DNA of 63,606 nt, counting the filler, from Folioceros fuciformis (Eukaryota), in assembly GCA_049999805.1 (NCBI GenBank). It is 11 parts of 11 records of this genome, joined end to end, with 100 filler letters (N's around TTAATTAATTAA, not from the genome) between each part and the next. Parts side by side here need not be neighbours in the genome. Positions count along the whole stretch, not along the records: positions 1 to 5,610 come from JBNGIO010005048.1; positions 5,711 to 12,914 come from JBNGIO010005050.1; 9 more parts are not named here. One strand, given 5' to 3'. A program made the translations under genes and the position numbers. The notes under the pieces are model-generated. The model was not told the origin of the DNA. It was given only the letters and a program-made list of their open reading frames with translations, and ran no database searches. Of this stretch, positions 1 through 12,694 are shown piece after piece; within the stretch, counting starts at the first letter, position 1, and each line of letters starts with the position of its first letter.

Positions 1-726
1 GCAGCTAGCCAACTTGTGCCGCCATGATCAACTCAGGCATCTCCACAAGTTTTTGACTTCATCCTGAACACGTTCAATTGCAGGAGATCTGCCACGTCCT
101 CCACTAGCTGGCATGGATGAGGAAACGTGGCTCCGCACTTAGATGAATCAGGTCTGGCATATTACAGGGACGAGAATGCCAAGCCCTCCCTCTGGCCCGG
201 GCCCGGTCGCTGGTCCCGCGCCAAGACAGACAGCGTCAGTTGGTATCTGGCGTCATACAGTAGTAGGCACAAAGGTGGAAAAGACTGAAGTGGAAATTGA
301 TGTATCAGCTACTGTATTTTGTGGAGAAGCTCATGGAGGCAAGCTATAAAAGACCAAGAGTTAGGATTTTCAGCGTAGACTCATTTCCTCAGTCTAGTGG
401 GAAGGCAAGCTTGTGTGCGCTGCAAGCCCTACCTTGACGGATGTGGAAAGTTTAACTCAGTGAGCTTATGATTGCATCAATCATCAAGCTTGAGAGCTTA
501 GGCACCCAGCTTATCATTGCATCAAGAGCTATGGAGAGCCTTACTTAGAGAGTTGTGGAGATTTAGTATATCATTATATTATTATTATTATTATGGTGGG
601 CAGTAGTTAATTTTATATGTATTGTATTATGGTTGGACTGAAGAACTTCTTTATGTGAATAAAGAGAGGAATAGACAGTTATATATGTCTCCATGTCTCT
701 TGTGATAGCATCGTCTTAATATCACA
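1..726 (+). mobile_element. Probable LTR fragment (U3-R-U5)
   Basis: TATA-like CTATAAAAG at ~344-352, AATAAA at ~658, ends ...ATATCACA at 726; no PBS follows and no partner LTR is in the window. Confidence 0.3.
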
Positions 727-1204
727 TTGTACCACCTAGTAGTTGGCCATCGTCCAAGATGTCTCCTATCTTCTCTTTCGTCATGCTAGGAGCTGTTTCT
801 GTTTAAAGAAGAAGATAGTGTCGCTAGCTCAATGTAATGTGCCTTGTATGCAACATGCAACTTAAGTTTTTTGACTAATGCCTAAGCCCTAAAAGTCTAG
901 CGCATTTAAGTAGTACCCGTTTTAATACATAGCAATCGATTTCTAGTTGAGCTACATTTTCTAGAATTTGATTTGTGCAATGTATTATGTGACCATTAAA
1001 AAAACATTAAGCACTTGTGTTGATGCATTAGGAGAAACCAGCAGAAAATATTGTGATGCATCTTACTTCATTACTCCTAGCTCTTATGGCTTCCTTCCCT
1101 CCCTTGTGCTACCACTCTAGTTGAGAGGACCGCATTTTCGAAAATGCAATCTTAGAATTCTATGACTATGAACAATATTGAAGTGTTGTGTGCTGTCATT
1201 TCTA

Positions 1205-1475
1205 ACATGACCTAGTTGTATATAATTTATCTACTCTAAAACATGACTTGTTTGCGTGTTGTCCTTTTTTGGAACATGACTTGCTTTTGTATTTGTCCTT
1301 TTTGAAACGTGACTTGCTTGTGTGTGATATATCCCTTCTAAAAAGACTTGCTTGTGTGTTGTCACTTCTAATAGGACCTACTAGTGTGTTGTCCCTTCTA
1401 ATAGGACTAATTTGTGTGTTGTCCCTTCTAATAGGACCTACTTGTGTGTTGTCCCTTCTAGTAGGATTGTGTGAA
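1205..1475. repeat. Tandem repeat, 30-bp unit, ~8 diverging copies
   Basis: TTGTGTGTTGTCCCTTCTAATAGGACCTAC-type units at 30-bp spacing; explains the repetitive ORFs 1202-1495 and 1248-1550. Confidence 0.9.
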
Positions 1476-1519
1476 GAAGTGGTACTTTCCACCACCCACC
1501 ACCTTACAAGTCAAGGAAT

Positions 1520-1800
1520 TTTCAAGATGACAGCTATTTTCCAATCTTAACCTTGGGCATATCGGCTTTTTCCATGTACTTGCAAAGACAACTGTAGGTT
1601 TCCAACCCTTAGTTTTGACCTCACGTACACCGACTGTTATTTTCCAAACTTTGACATAACGGTTTTCCATCCCTCTATACCTAAGGGGCAAGATTCTCAA
1701 AATGACCGTTATTTTCCAGCCCTAGACATAATGGTATTTTCCCACGGTTGCAAAGACAACTGTAGGTTTCCAACCCTTAGTTTGGACCTCACGCACATAC
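1520..1800. repeat. Imperfect direct duplication, period ~168 bp
   Basis: GCAAAGACAACTGTAGGTTTCCAACCCTTAGTTT(T/G)GACCTCACG occurs at ~1582 and ~1750. Confidence 0.8.
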
Positions 1801-2248
1801 AAGATGCAAATTGTGTGGATGAGTAGTATTTTTCAACCCTCTCCACCTAATAGCTTAGGCCAGTCAAGGGCTTCTTAAAATGACAATTATTTTCCAACCT
1901 ATTCCTATCACCCAATCCTAGCCTTGCATGCAAGATGCCATCAACGTACAGCACGAGGTGCAGGCTCCGGAAATTGGCTGGAAAAGACAAAAGGTAACAT
2001 AACAGTGTTGCCCAATGCCTACCCGTGCGGCCCAGGGTGACAGAGTAGGCAGTAGGGAGTAGGGCCCCCCATCGCCCATTGCTTTCGCCCGCCATTTTGC
2101 ATGCCACCCCATCCTGCAGTGGCCCGAGTAGAGAGTAGCTTGGGCCCTTAACCTGGTTTGGCCTCGAACCACCTCCCGGAGCGAAGCTCCGATTCCTACC
2201 CTCCATCATTGTCCTGCTTCTCCTATTTTTGCTAGACAAGGTTCTTGC

Positions 2249-2345
2249 CTCTCTTCACCAGATTAGCTTCCTTCGTTCCCGCTCTCTTCACCAGACGAGC
2301 TTCCTTCGTTCCCACTCTCCACCAGACGAGCTTCCTTCCTTCCTG
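2249..2345. repeat. Tandem repeat, ~30-bp unit x3
   Basis: CTCTCTTCACCAGA(C/T)(G/T)AGCTTCCTTCGTTCCC repeated three times. Confidence 0.8.
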
Positions 2346-3066
2346 CTATCTTCACCACAAGCGCATCCCTCCTTCATGCTGTTCATAATTGCCTTAAGGG
2401 CACACCACTTGAGATTGTCAGGATCGCTGGTGTCATCCAAGACATTTTTGCCTTTGTCTTTTCCCTAATCTTAGAGAGAGTAGTCATAACTATTCCTAAG
2501 GGGAGGTAGGATGAGTTGTTTGAGCTGCCATTGGGCCCTCCTCCATTAATTGCAGCTGCGTTCTCCTAAGTTCGCGAGTTTGCTATGAACCTTTCCTTGT
2601 CTTTCTTCCCTGGGTGCCCTTTCACCTGGGGTGCCCTTTCACCACCACCTACGGAATCCAATCTAACATTTGTAGGGGAGGGGCTCACTTGTCCTTCGAT
2701 TTCCTTTAGGGGAGTGCTTTTCTCATTATCATCCTCCCTCCCTACATAGGGTAAGGATATCCCCTTCATAGGTTGGCCCCTGCTACGATCTCCTTAGGTA
2801 GGCTTCCTACCACTCTGCTCACAGGTGTCGTGGTCACCTGTGGAAGAAAGAGTTTGGTAATCGATCTAAATTAGTCTAGGAAAGTTTGACTTGGTTCTTT
2901 TTTGACGAGCAAACCGGTGCATAGCTCAGTCGTGTGCGCTTGCTACCGACGCATAGTTCGGTAGTNNNNNNNNNNNNNNNNNNNNNNNNNNNNNNNNNNN
3001 NNNNNNNNNNNNNNNNNNNNNNNNNNNNNNNNNNNNNNNNNNNNNNNNNNNNNNNNNNNNNNNNNT

Positions 3067-4243
3067 TTTCAGGCGGAAGTGTTATCTGGTCACGATTCAG
3101 GGCATACAAGTTTTTGCGAATTAGGTTTCTCATAGGGGAAGGAAGCTATTTTTGTTGTGTCAAATCAAATCCATACGCTAGAATGAAAGTGTCTTCAATG
3201 AATAATGTGGATAGGATATTTAGAATGTGGGAAAAGTGTGAGCTACGAGAGCAAATGAGCTTGGCCATAGTAGGGACCAAGAAGAGGGGAAAAGCAAAAC
3301 GAAAGATAGGTGACTCAACCATTCCAAGTTCATCTTCACAGGTTTCTAAAGAAAGCATTAGAAAGCCATCGGTAATGCAGGGCAGATTGTGGAACGCCTT
3401 TCAAGGCATCCCAGTAGGTGTGAAGGGAGAGGAGATGCTGATTGTTGTGACACAGGAAGTTATTCAAGGAAAGCTCTAGTTGAAAGACATGACCGCTGAA
3501 GTCGGGGAGAAGAGGAAGATCCACTTGATTCAACATGCTTTCCGAATTGTGATGAAGTGTTCCACATTCAAAGAAGCGAAAGCTATGTATCCGAAATATA
3601 CTGAGGATGGCCACCTTCTGAAGTTCCAAACAGCCTTTGCAAAAGTGGTAAGGAACATTCTGTTATTTGTTGTTTACCATGGCGCCAATAGATCTGCAAC
3701 TTCTAGTTTGTATGAGGTTACCTGTCCTTGTAGCCAAAGCCAGGTAGAGTGTCGCCGGTAGCGTGGCACACTGCAGCCGAAGTGCGCCAGTAGAACGGCG
3801 CAATCATGTCGGCATGGGCCGGAGTGCGCCACTCTATCGGAGCACTCCGGCCTAACTCTGATGAAGAGATTACTACAAAATCTTTTACACGTGGCCCATC
3901 AAAGGTTTGGGCAAAAGAAGTGTGCAGGGATGGCAGCATTGACCACAAAATGCAGGTGTACAGTCTCTTGGACAAGAAAGGAGAGGTGATATCGCAGAAT
4001 GATGATAGGCCAGCAAAGGACCTTTACGCCACCACTGTGTGGGATGAGAACGGTACTTTGCCACCCCTAACAATAGACGACCCCCACTTTTCTGTGCTAG
4101 GTGTGGGAGGCGATGACTTTGGCGATACGGATGCACAACGGCTTAAAGATTTAGATGTAGTTCTTGATTCAGAGGCGAACTAGGATGACCCTGTTTTGTG
4201 TGAGACTGTCGTCCTAAACAAGAACATGGTGTTATTTGAATAG
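3067..4243 (+). pseudogene. Spliced, disabled gene for an uncharacterised helical protein (possibly transposon-borne)
   Basis: ORFs 2934-3479 and 3480-3761 are in frame across one TAG; a phase-0 GT-AG intron at 3648-3733 (GTAAGG...TCCTTGTAG) joins them in frame to ORF 3806-4183; further TAG stops at 3791 and 4181. Confidence 0.55.
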
Positions 4244-4660
4244 GTTGTGCGCCGGTAGACCAGCGCACCACGTCCAGTAGTTGCAAAATATCAAGTTTTG
4301 TAAAGAACACTCACAATGAGTACTGAATAGTTTTTATGTTATTCACGTTTTTTGAATAAAAAAAGTATGAACGCATGTCGATGGCCTTCTTGTTCGGGAA
4401 AAGAGATAAAATGTGGATATCGAGCGTGGATCAAACCAAATTCAAAAAGCGCAAAACAGGTTTTGTGGAATACGCCCATTTTGATCAGATCTTGTTACAC
4501 ATCAAGATAAGAAGATACCTACATAGGGAGAGTACCTACATAGGGTAGATGCCTAGTGNNNNNNNNNNNNNNNNNNNNNNNNNNNNNNNNNNNNNNNNNN
4601 NNNNNNNNNNNNNNNNNNNNNNNNNNNNNNNNNNNNNNNNNNNNNNNNNNNNNNNNNNAG

Positions 4661-5610
4661 TGTGGGCAAGCGGGCATGGTATCCCTACCAGGCACCCGCT
4701 CACATGTATCGTTGCCACATCAATCCCACGGTCGTTGTAGGCTTCCCCGGAATCGCTCCCCTCTGAGCCTGGTCAGCTACATCTATCGCTCCCCTACACT
4801 AGTCAACTCTCCCAACCACGTACCTACCAATCTGGCTACACGTCCCATCAGTAGGTAGGCACCATTCCTTCACTTGGAAGGGCCCCAGTACCTCCCCTAC
4901 CGATTTCTACCTNNNNNNNNNNTCCTTCACTTGGAAGGGCCCCAGTACCTCCCCTACCGATTTCTACCTCCCTACACTCAATACCTTTTCCTCACAAGGC
5001 TCCCTACAACACCTTCCTCTACCCACAATCTAGCTGCTCGTCTCCCTACACCCAACAACCAATGAGTTTTCCTCTGAGCCTACTCTGCTCCCTTCAACTC
5101 TGTTTATCGTTCACCTACGACATTCAACCTTTCCCGCGTACCTTCAACACGTCCAATTAGTAGAAAGGCACCATTCCTTCACTTGGAAGGGCCCTAATAC
5201 CTCCCCTACCGATTTCCAACTACCTACACCCAGCACCTTTCCCCACAAGTCTCCTCACAACACCTTCTACATGATCCAACTCCACGTTTCCCTATGTTCA
5301 AGACTCCCAACCAGACATCACAAGAACCTTTGCGATCGGCAACAGAAAGGGCACTCGTAGTTTCCCTTTCGCCAGGATGTCCACGCAGGCTTACGAAAAT
5401 TGGTTCTCTATTCGTCACGAAACAATTACAGTCAAAGCACGAGGGCCTGGCTCAAGTTCTTCGTTCTACCTATATAGGATGGCAGACAGCTTCCTACCTA
5501 CCACTAGCCGCCAGCTTTAACTACGCACACCTACCAAGAGGCTAAGACCTACCAATAGTTGCTAAGGCAGTGCGTGCCAATGAAGATTAGGACTGTCGGT
5601 GCCGCCATAG
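4661..5610 (-). mobile_element. 3' part of an Athila-like LTR (minus strand)
   Basis: Reverse complement ends GGGGAGCGATTCC...CTACAACGAC...TGTGGC...TTGCCCACA, resembling the LTR terminus at 52905-52994; contains a ~45-bp internal repeat x3. Confidence 0.45.
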
Positions 5611-5710
5611 NNNNNNNNNNNNNNNNNNNNNNNNNNNNNNNNNNNNNNNNNNNNTTAATTAATTAANNNNNNNNNNNNNNNNNNNNNNNNNNNNNNNNNN
5701 NNNNNNNNNN

Positions 5711-6069
5711 AGTTATTAGTGAACTTAGGATAGTGTAGATTATCCCATATTGAACCTCGAAGTTGTGTAGCCCTAAATGTACTACTTAAATGGAGACCTC
5801 GGACCTCCATAGTAAGACAGTGGTGATGTGTATTGTTTTCATGGTTGTGATCACCAATACCACCCTCTCTTCTCTCCTCTCCTCTCCTACACTTGCACGT
5901 AGACTGGAGTCGATCCTATTGACATGTGCCTCTTCAAAAGAGACACCCAGTGACACTATTTAAGACACACTTTGTATACAATTTTGGCAGATAAACACGA
6001 AATATCTTTCTGAGCATTGCATCTCGATCATGCTAGATTAGATGCAATCCTACTGCTAGGATTTTATCA
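5711..6069 (+). mobile_element. LTR end of an element inserted into the copia at 6070
   Basis: Homology between the 6-kb copia and its sister at 39-40.6 kb stops abruptly at 6070; upstream sequence ends ...TTTTATCA. Confidence 0.5.
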
Positions 6070-8262
6070 CACAGTGGGAGACGTAGCCAGCTCTAAGTGG
6101 GATGACGAAGGAGACTACTCCTCAGAAGAACAAGAGGAGATCATTGTTGGTGACATGAATGTATCGCTGCTTGCACCAAAACCACAAGGTCAGCAGTAGC
6201 AAGTGACCACCTATTTGTCTCTGCAAGTACCAACAGCCTCACAGCAAACAGCAGCAGCCAACCTGAGGCCAATACTTCGAACACCTGTAAAGTTGTCAGC
6301 CGAGGATCCTGAGAGTTCTAAACAGACTCCTCAGCAAAGGAAAACACTCAAATCTGCTCACCTGGAGCTAAGGTCTTCAACAAGGATACGTAAGCCTCCA
6401 GATTATTAGGTACCTAAAGACTTTAGGCATCCAATGTCGCATTTGACTTACTGCCTAGCAGCATACTTGAAGGCTTTTGAGCCACAATCCTATGAAGAAG
6501 CTGTATCATGCCCTGATGCAAACTTATGGCAAAAGGCCATCGACTCTGAGCTAGGCTCATTGTATGAGAACAAGACCTGGTCCCTAACCAGCCTACCTGC
6601 ACATCGCCAGGCTGTTGGTTCCAAATGGGTCTTCAAGTTAAAGCTGCGAGCAGGCGGCAGTATTGATAAATACAAAGCAAGGGTTGTTGCGAAAGGATAC
6701 TCACAAATTCGTGGAGTGGACTATGACGATACATTCAATCCAGTTGTCAAGCTAACAACACTCAGATTTTTTGTGGCACTTGCAGCAGTGGGAGACTATG
6801 AATTGGAATAGCTAGACGTGACCACTGCATTCCTATATGGGAACCTCCAAGAGGAAACCTATATGTCAGTGCCCTCAGGAGTTGACATTCCACGTGACCT
6901 GCAAAATCCAGTATGCAAGCTGCATAAATCCTTGTATGGGCTCAAACAAAGCCCGAGAGCTTGGTATTCATGTATAGACAACTATCTCAAGTCAATTGGC
7001 TATGAAAACATCAATGCTGATAGCAATGTCTACATAAAGCGAGAAGGGAGAGAGTTTTTGGCACTTGCCATATATGTCGATGACATAATTATAATGAGTA
7101 ACTCCCTTTGGATGATAGAAGAACTGAGATAGCAGCTAAGCAAGGCATTCAAGATTATTGCTAGAGGAGCTCTGGAGTTTTGCCTTGGCATGCAGTTGTT
7201 ACGAAACCGCAAGAATGGAAGTATATTCCTACATTAGACGAAATACGCACAAGAAATCCTTGCTAGATTTGAGATGAGTAACTGCAAACCCATCTCAACA
7301 CCTATTGAGCAAAACACCAAGTATTATGCACAGGTGGGTGACATACCTGCAGAGGACGTAGAGAAGGTACAACAATATCCCTCCAAAAATGGAAGTGTTA
7401 TGCACCTGATGATAGGATCTCGTCCAGACTTGGCATTTAGCTCTAGCTTGACCTAAAGGTTTGTTTCAAACCCAAACCTGCACCATAACACTCTGATGAC
7501 AAGGCTCTACAAGTATATAGCAGCCACCTACGATTGGGGCATCATGTACAACTCGAAATCCAAAAATGCATTGCAATTAGTGGCCTACAGTGATGCCGAC
7601 TGGGCCGCCGACCCCGATAGCAAAAAGAGCGTCTCTAGCCATGTTACCTTACTTGCTAGAGGTGTTGTGGCCTAGAGTAGGAGTAGACAAACCACAATCA
7701 CACTCTCCTCGATAGAAGCCAAATACAAGAGCCTCATAGAGGCTTGCAAGGAGGTAACATGGACAGTGGGAGCTTTACAAGAATTGGGAGTAGAACAAAG
7801 TCTGCCAGTTTGCTTGTTTAGTGACAATCGAAGTTCCATCACCCTTAGCATGAACCCCAGATTCCACGCAAGAACAAAGCACATTGAAATACAGCATCAT
7901 TACATCAGGGAAGTGATTGCAGCAGGAGTGGTGGAAATTATCTATTGCCCGACAGAAGAGATGACAGCCGATATCCTCACGAAAAGTCTTGGGCGCATCA
8001 AACACTACCAGCACGTCGCCGGCCTTGGACTCTGCGCTGCAGGAGAACTCATCAAATGGAGGAGGGTGCCCGATCAACAGCTCAACGGAGCTCGGGTGCA
8101 GCTGCAAAAGGATTAGAGCGCAAGTGACTGAACGAAAGTCGAGAAGTCGGCCTGCCCTAGTTTCTGGATTTTTCGAGTCTAGGTCGTTCAAGTCTCATTA
8201 GCAAGTTTAAGCTTTTCTCTATGTCAAATAGATATAGATAAGCAAACAATAAATGATATATG

Positions 8263-8294
<32 letters not shown>

Positions 8295-8481
8295 TATATG
8301 TGTAGATAGCCCTCTCACCTAAGTGGGAGTGTTAGAGTAGGTTAAATACATTAACTTACTTACAGGTTTAGGGCTAGACAGTTGGAAACCCTAACCGTTG
8401 CCATGTCTTGGTGACATGACCGAGAACGTTGAATAACCACTTTTCTTTTCTCATGTTGTGACACCTGTCTGATCCGTCTCA
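6070..8481 (+). mobile_element. Ty1/copia retrotransposon, 3' half (RT, RNase H, PPT, short 3' LTR), decayed
   Basis: EPQSYEEA, KWVFKLK...KYKARVVAKGY, LYGLKQSPRAW, YVDDII, DADWA, RTKHIEIQHHYIRE, ADILTK; several TAG stops/frameshifts; PPT AAGTGGGAG 8321-8329; LTR TGTTAG...TCTCA ~8330-8481 (right end inferred). Confidence 0.93.
8254..8300. repeat. (TA)n microsatellite in copia 3' UTR
   Basis: Direct inspection. Confidence 0.95.
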
Positions 8482-11006
8482 AGACCAACCTGCCAGGGCA
8501 TTGACCTGGTTGAGCATGCAGGGGCAAAAGGAAGCAGAGGCACCGGTGAAGCTAACCAAGGCTGAAGTGAGTCGGCCGCAGCTGGAGAAAATTCGATAGA
8601 CCTTGAGTGCAGCCAAGGAGCACGCGGAGGAAGAAGCATGTCGAGCCCGAGAGGAGATGCAAACGCTGAAGGAGCAGCAGGAACTGCTCCTGGCTCAAGT
8701 TAGGGAGGCCCATGGAACTAACCAGGAAATGCAGCAGGAATTGTTGAGGGCCTAGGAATAGGAGGTGGCTGTAGTGGAGAAAGTGCAGAAATTGGCAGAT
8801 AGGTACAAGCGGGAACGAGACGAAGCCCGGAGCTGGGTGAAGGGAAAAGGCAAGGCTAGGTGAAGTAGCCGAATTGCGATGAAGGTAGCCGAGGAGGCTA
8901 CCGGTCGAAGAGAGACCACGCTGGTAGAGGAAAGCCCGACCAAGGTAGAGGAGGCAGCAACTGTCAAGGAGCCCGCGACCGGCAGAGCTGGAATGGCAAC
9001 CCGCACGAGGAGGGCGGGGCAGGGCGAAGCGGCCACTAGGGAGATGGAGGATCTCCTAGTGCCACTAGAGAGCAGAAGACATGCAGTTCAGAATTGCCCA
9101 CGGGAGGAGGGGGAGGGACAAGGGCCTACTGCCTACAACTGAGGACTCGTAGGGGTCCTTCTTCCAATGTTGTCAAGTGTGGGGATTGCCTCCTTACTAT
9201 TCAGAGGCAGTCCTGGAAGAACTAACGGAGGAGGAGGCACGGGCATGGGTTGAGCGAGAGCCCGTGATGGTCCTCAGCAACAGACGACTGGAGGGAGGAA
9301 GGAGCACCCCTCGACGGGGCCCACCTACGTCGCCACTGGAAAGGTCAAGCAGTAGTGGTGAGGTAGAAATCCTCTAGGAGGATTTGTCTGACCAAAGGCA
9401 AGGGAGGAGGGCTCGAGGCTAGCGGTTGAGAGGAGGAGCACGACGACCGGACGGGAGGCGAGTGCGGCGATAAGATAGGCCATAGTAATTGCATCTTAGA
9501 ATAGAATACTGTAGGATCTGGAGAAGATGCTTTTCTTGGACCTGATGCCACTCATAGTAAAGAGCGCCCACCTGTCCGCGGACTAGAATTAATGGCGGCT
9601 GTGGACTCGCCATCGTGAACAAGAGGCCTGTTGGCGCCTCACTGAAGCAGCGAGAGTTCAACATTTCCAACTCGAGGAAGCTTGGCGGCGACCGCTGCCA
9701 GATAGAGAGATCCGGGTAGGTGAGTGCGTGCGGCGTACTTGGGTGGAGGTCTATGTGACTTCTTTGCTCCACAACGAACAGTATCGTGGGCGAATCGGTG
9801 GGAAGTTCTCACCGAGTGGAAGGCAACCTTCCCCCCTACTCCTGGTAATTTGCGTTGTGTGTGGTGGTTGAGGTGAGGGACGAATCCGCCGGTTGCGGAG
9901 TGGAAGAAGGGGGTAACCGCTTCCCTTATCCCCTGAATCCTCAACTGCTCTTCAAATACAGTGGTGAGGAGTGAGTTGAGGTGAAGGTTGACTAAGTGTT
10001 GCAGTCGGGGAAGGAGACGAATTCGCCGATCGTAGAGTGGAGGGAGATTTCTCCCCTCCCTTATTTCCCGACTGTTGGGTGCAACCTGGTCTTAGTGTTG
10101 GTATGAGTGAGTGTTGAGATAAGATCGTGTGAGAAAGAGCGAAGGGAAGGAACAAGTGAATCGATACGAGAAGGAGTGAGTGACGCTGTGTCTGCAGAGA
10201 GGGAGACAAATCCACCGACTGCGGAGTGGAAGGAGTGTCCCTCCTTCCCTTATTTCCCAAACCGCTGACCGCGAACAAGTGTGCTGTGAAGACTGAGTGC
10301 TTGAGAAGAGAGTAAAGGTTGCGACGAGGTCGCTGAAGAATTCCTGGAGAGACTTGGGTGCTGGAAAACACTGTCAAGAGTCTGTGGTACGAGAAATTGC
10401 TTGAGGAATCGTGGATGCTGCTGAGAATTGGAGTGAGTTGCGAGGGGTGCTTGTGCGCCGGAGTTGGGCGTATGCTGGAAGAGCTGTGTGGGAGTGTAGC
10501 GTGAGGTGTGGACACCCGTGGAATCGGGTTGTCTAAGTGTGTAACTGTAGTGGTGTGAGGTGTTGAGTAACCCCGACTCGCTACTCTGGGAAATTTGGGT
10601 AGAAACCCGTGAGTGGAAGTCGCAATGGTACCTGTGACGTCAAGTGTCAATTAGGACTTCGGGTTGGACCCACCATGGTAGCGGAACCCACCACCGATTG
10701 TGGAAACACCAACCGGTTGTAAAGGGAACTGTGGTCGTGGAGCCCCCAACCTTGGTTGTAGAGTAGGGACCAGAGCCGTAGAGTAGGGTCTATGGTAGCT
10801 AGGCCAGCTGAGGGGTAGTGGTAGTTGATCTAGCAGGTAGTAGAACTGGTGGTAGGTAAGACCTGACCTAGGTAAGAGTCACCATTAGAAGAAACCTGTG
10901 TTACTTGGCACAAATCATTTCCTTGGGATCGAATCCCACAGCTACAATGACATAGAGGGTTTCTGTGGACCTTGCGGTGTCCTCTGACACAATATTTTCC
11001 TCCGTA
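8482..11006 (+). mobile_element. Athila-like accessory-ORF / structured-RNA / LTR-end family, copy 1 (5'-truncated)
   Basis: Coiled-coil-like ORF remnant, GLPPYYSEAVLEELTEEEARAWVER motif (9177-9377), hairpin module 9491-9655, four three-way-junction motifs 9788-10258, LTR-end block 10915-11006 near-identical to 52905-52994. Confidence 0.8.
9788..10258 (+). ncRNA. Array of four putative three-way-junction RNA motifs
   Basis: Copies at 9788-9842, 9876-9934, 10002-10074, 10201-10258; e.g. GGGA CGAA TCCGC..GCGGA GTG GAAG..CTTC CCTTA TCCC. Confidence 0.65.
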
Positions 11007-11373
11007 GGATGCTACAAGGCGTCCAATTTTTGAGCTAGTATGTTCAATATTGTTTCCATGTTGGTTTGGATACAAACCAGTGTAAAACTTGATTAGCTAT
11101 AAAAGTTATCATACTCTAGTGTGTTAATTTTCATTTGAAGCGGTGTTGAACTTTTAGCATGAGGATACCTATGTCCAAGGGTGTTAGAGTAACGCGGGCA
11201 AGTGTGAGGTGAGCATGTGTGCTGCCTAAATCGGGAAGTGGGCCTGACAGCGTAAAAGTTGGAAGAGTTGAGGAAAGAGTGATGAAAGATAAGAGTTCGG
11301 ACAGAGGATTTAAGAAAAAGGCTGGGCAACCAAAAATGAATAGTAAAGGAGGAAACGTCAAGGGTCTGGGGGG

Positions 11374-11779
11374 TGTTGAGATGTCACCCCCGCCATGCTC
11401 AAAGGAGGTTAAAACAAGTTAGTTGACGCAAGATGCAGAATCTCAAAACTAAGAGCACTATAACAAGGCTCTTAAACTCAAATAAAAAGGAGAATTACAA
11501 AAACAACACAATACAAGTGAAGAGGGAGTTAGACTACATATACTAAGTGGGTTCATCCCTTCTTTTATGGACCTATGGGTGGCACTCTCATTTCGTGCCC
11601 AATATGGGATAAATGACCCCAAACCCTACAATACTTCTTTTGCCTAACATAGCAAAGTCTAATAAGCTATATATATATATATATATTAATCATAACCTTA
11701 ATCACTCTTACCACTAATTAGTACAAACTCAATAAGCTGGATTAGCACTAATTAATCTCAACATTAATCATGCTTAACA
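11374..11779 (-). mobile_element. Solo LTR (~406 bp)
   Basis: TG...CA termini, reverse complement of 36748-37142, flanked by GGGG on both sides; splits a PPT (GTCTGGGGGG) from a TGTCG start at 11784. Confidence 0.9.
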
Positions 11780-12694
11780 GGGGTGTCGTGAAATTGTGGC
11801 AAAAATGGACTTATAGTAGAGCATCATGGTGAACGTCATAGTTTAGTGGAATTCAGTTGATTAGATAATAGGTGATTAAACTAACTCAACCTAAATTAGG
11901 TAAATGGCTAAAATACTAGCCATGGCTACTTGCCCACTAGAAGCACGTGGGCTCATACAGCCCATGGAAAACTGCTTGGAGGGGCACCACACATAAAAAC
12001 AAAACACAGCGAGGAAAAAGGTAGTTGTCGAAGTCGCTCATGAGAGGAACCACCGGACGACCTAAACCTTTTTTTGCTGTTCACTAGCCGTCTATGAAAG
12101 GAAGAGCTATGCAGATTGAGGGTGTAAGGGAGATGGTGGCATCCCGCTAGTGACTTACCAACTCTGGGCAGCCCGACGAGGGCAGTCCCTTTTTGCAGCT
12201 TTACAACACGGAGTGAGCTATGGCGCATGTGAGCAGCCTAACATCTTACTTCGACAACTACCTTTGTCATGCAATGAGGGCACGGGCGAGGAGCTCTTAG
12301 AGCGCAGCCAAGCAGCTACAGCAAGGCAGCATTTGTGGAGCACCCATCCAGACCCGTTTGTGTGAAGTCTGTCATTTTCCCTTTGCATTGCTAGGGATTT
12401 AGGGTTTGTAGGGACTCTAGGGGCGCGGCCAGACATGTGCATTCAGGCAGCAGCCTTGGAGAATCCCTCTCTTCCTTTGTAGCAGCCGTGAGTCTGGAAT
12501 GTGCATGCTCAGTGTTGTAGCAACTACCTTTCTACTCGCAGCAGCTACATGTTGATCCAAGGCTCTATAGACAGGGCTTAGGAGAGCTGGCAGCTAAGGC
12601 ACCGCCAAGAGACCACATCGAGGCAGCCCCAGCAAGTCGCTCAGCATTTGACGCACTTAAGCCTCGGGTTTGGGGTTTGAGGGTGTGGAAGTCA

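Noticed and set aside
1202-1550. Repetitive ORFs on both strands / CRISPR-like periodicity
   Set aside because: Head-to-tail 30-bp tandem repeat with no unique spacers or cas genes.
4863-4970. Exact ~50-bp duplication either side of a 10-N gap
   Set aside because: Most likely an unmerged contig overlap.
4857-5217. WGPFQV peptide on the minus strand suggesting an integrase GPF motif
   Set aside because: No surrounding integrase similarity; it belongs to a short non-coding repeat.
5656-5667. TTAATTAATTAA inside N runs, recurring about a dozen times
   Set aside because: Artificial six-frame-stop contig spacer; order and orientation across these gaps cannot be trusted.
9788-10258. Hammerhead ribozyme call for the three-way-junction motif
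   Set aside because: Topology and the CGAA are similar, but CUGANGA is absent and the A15-U16/NUH site is not matched.
9952-10650. 232-aa minus-strand ORF with repeated GNKGR peptides
   Set aside because: Antisense translation of the RNA motif array; the frame is not conserved in other copies.
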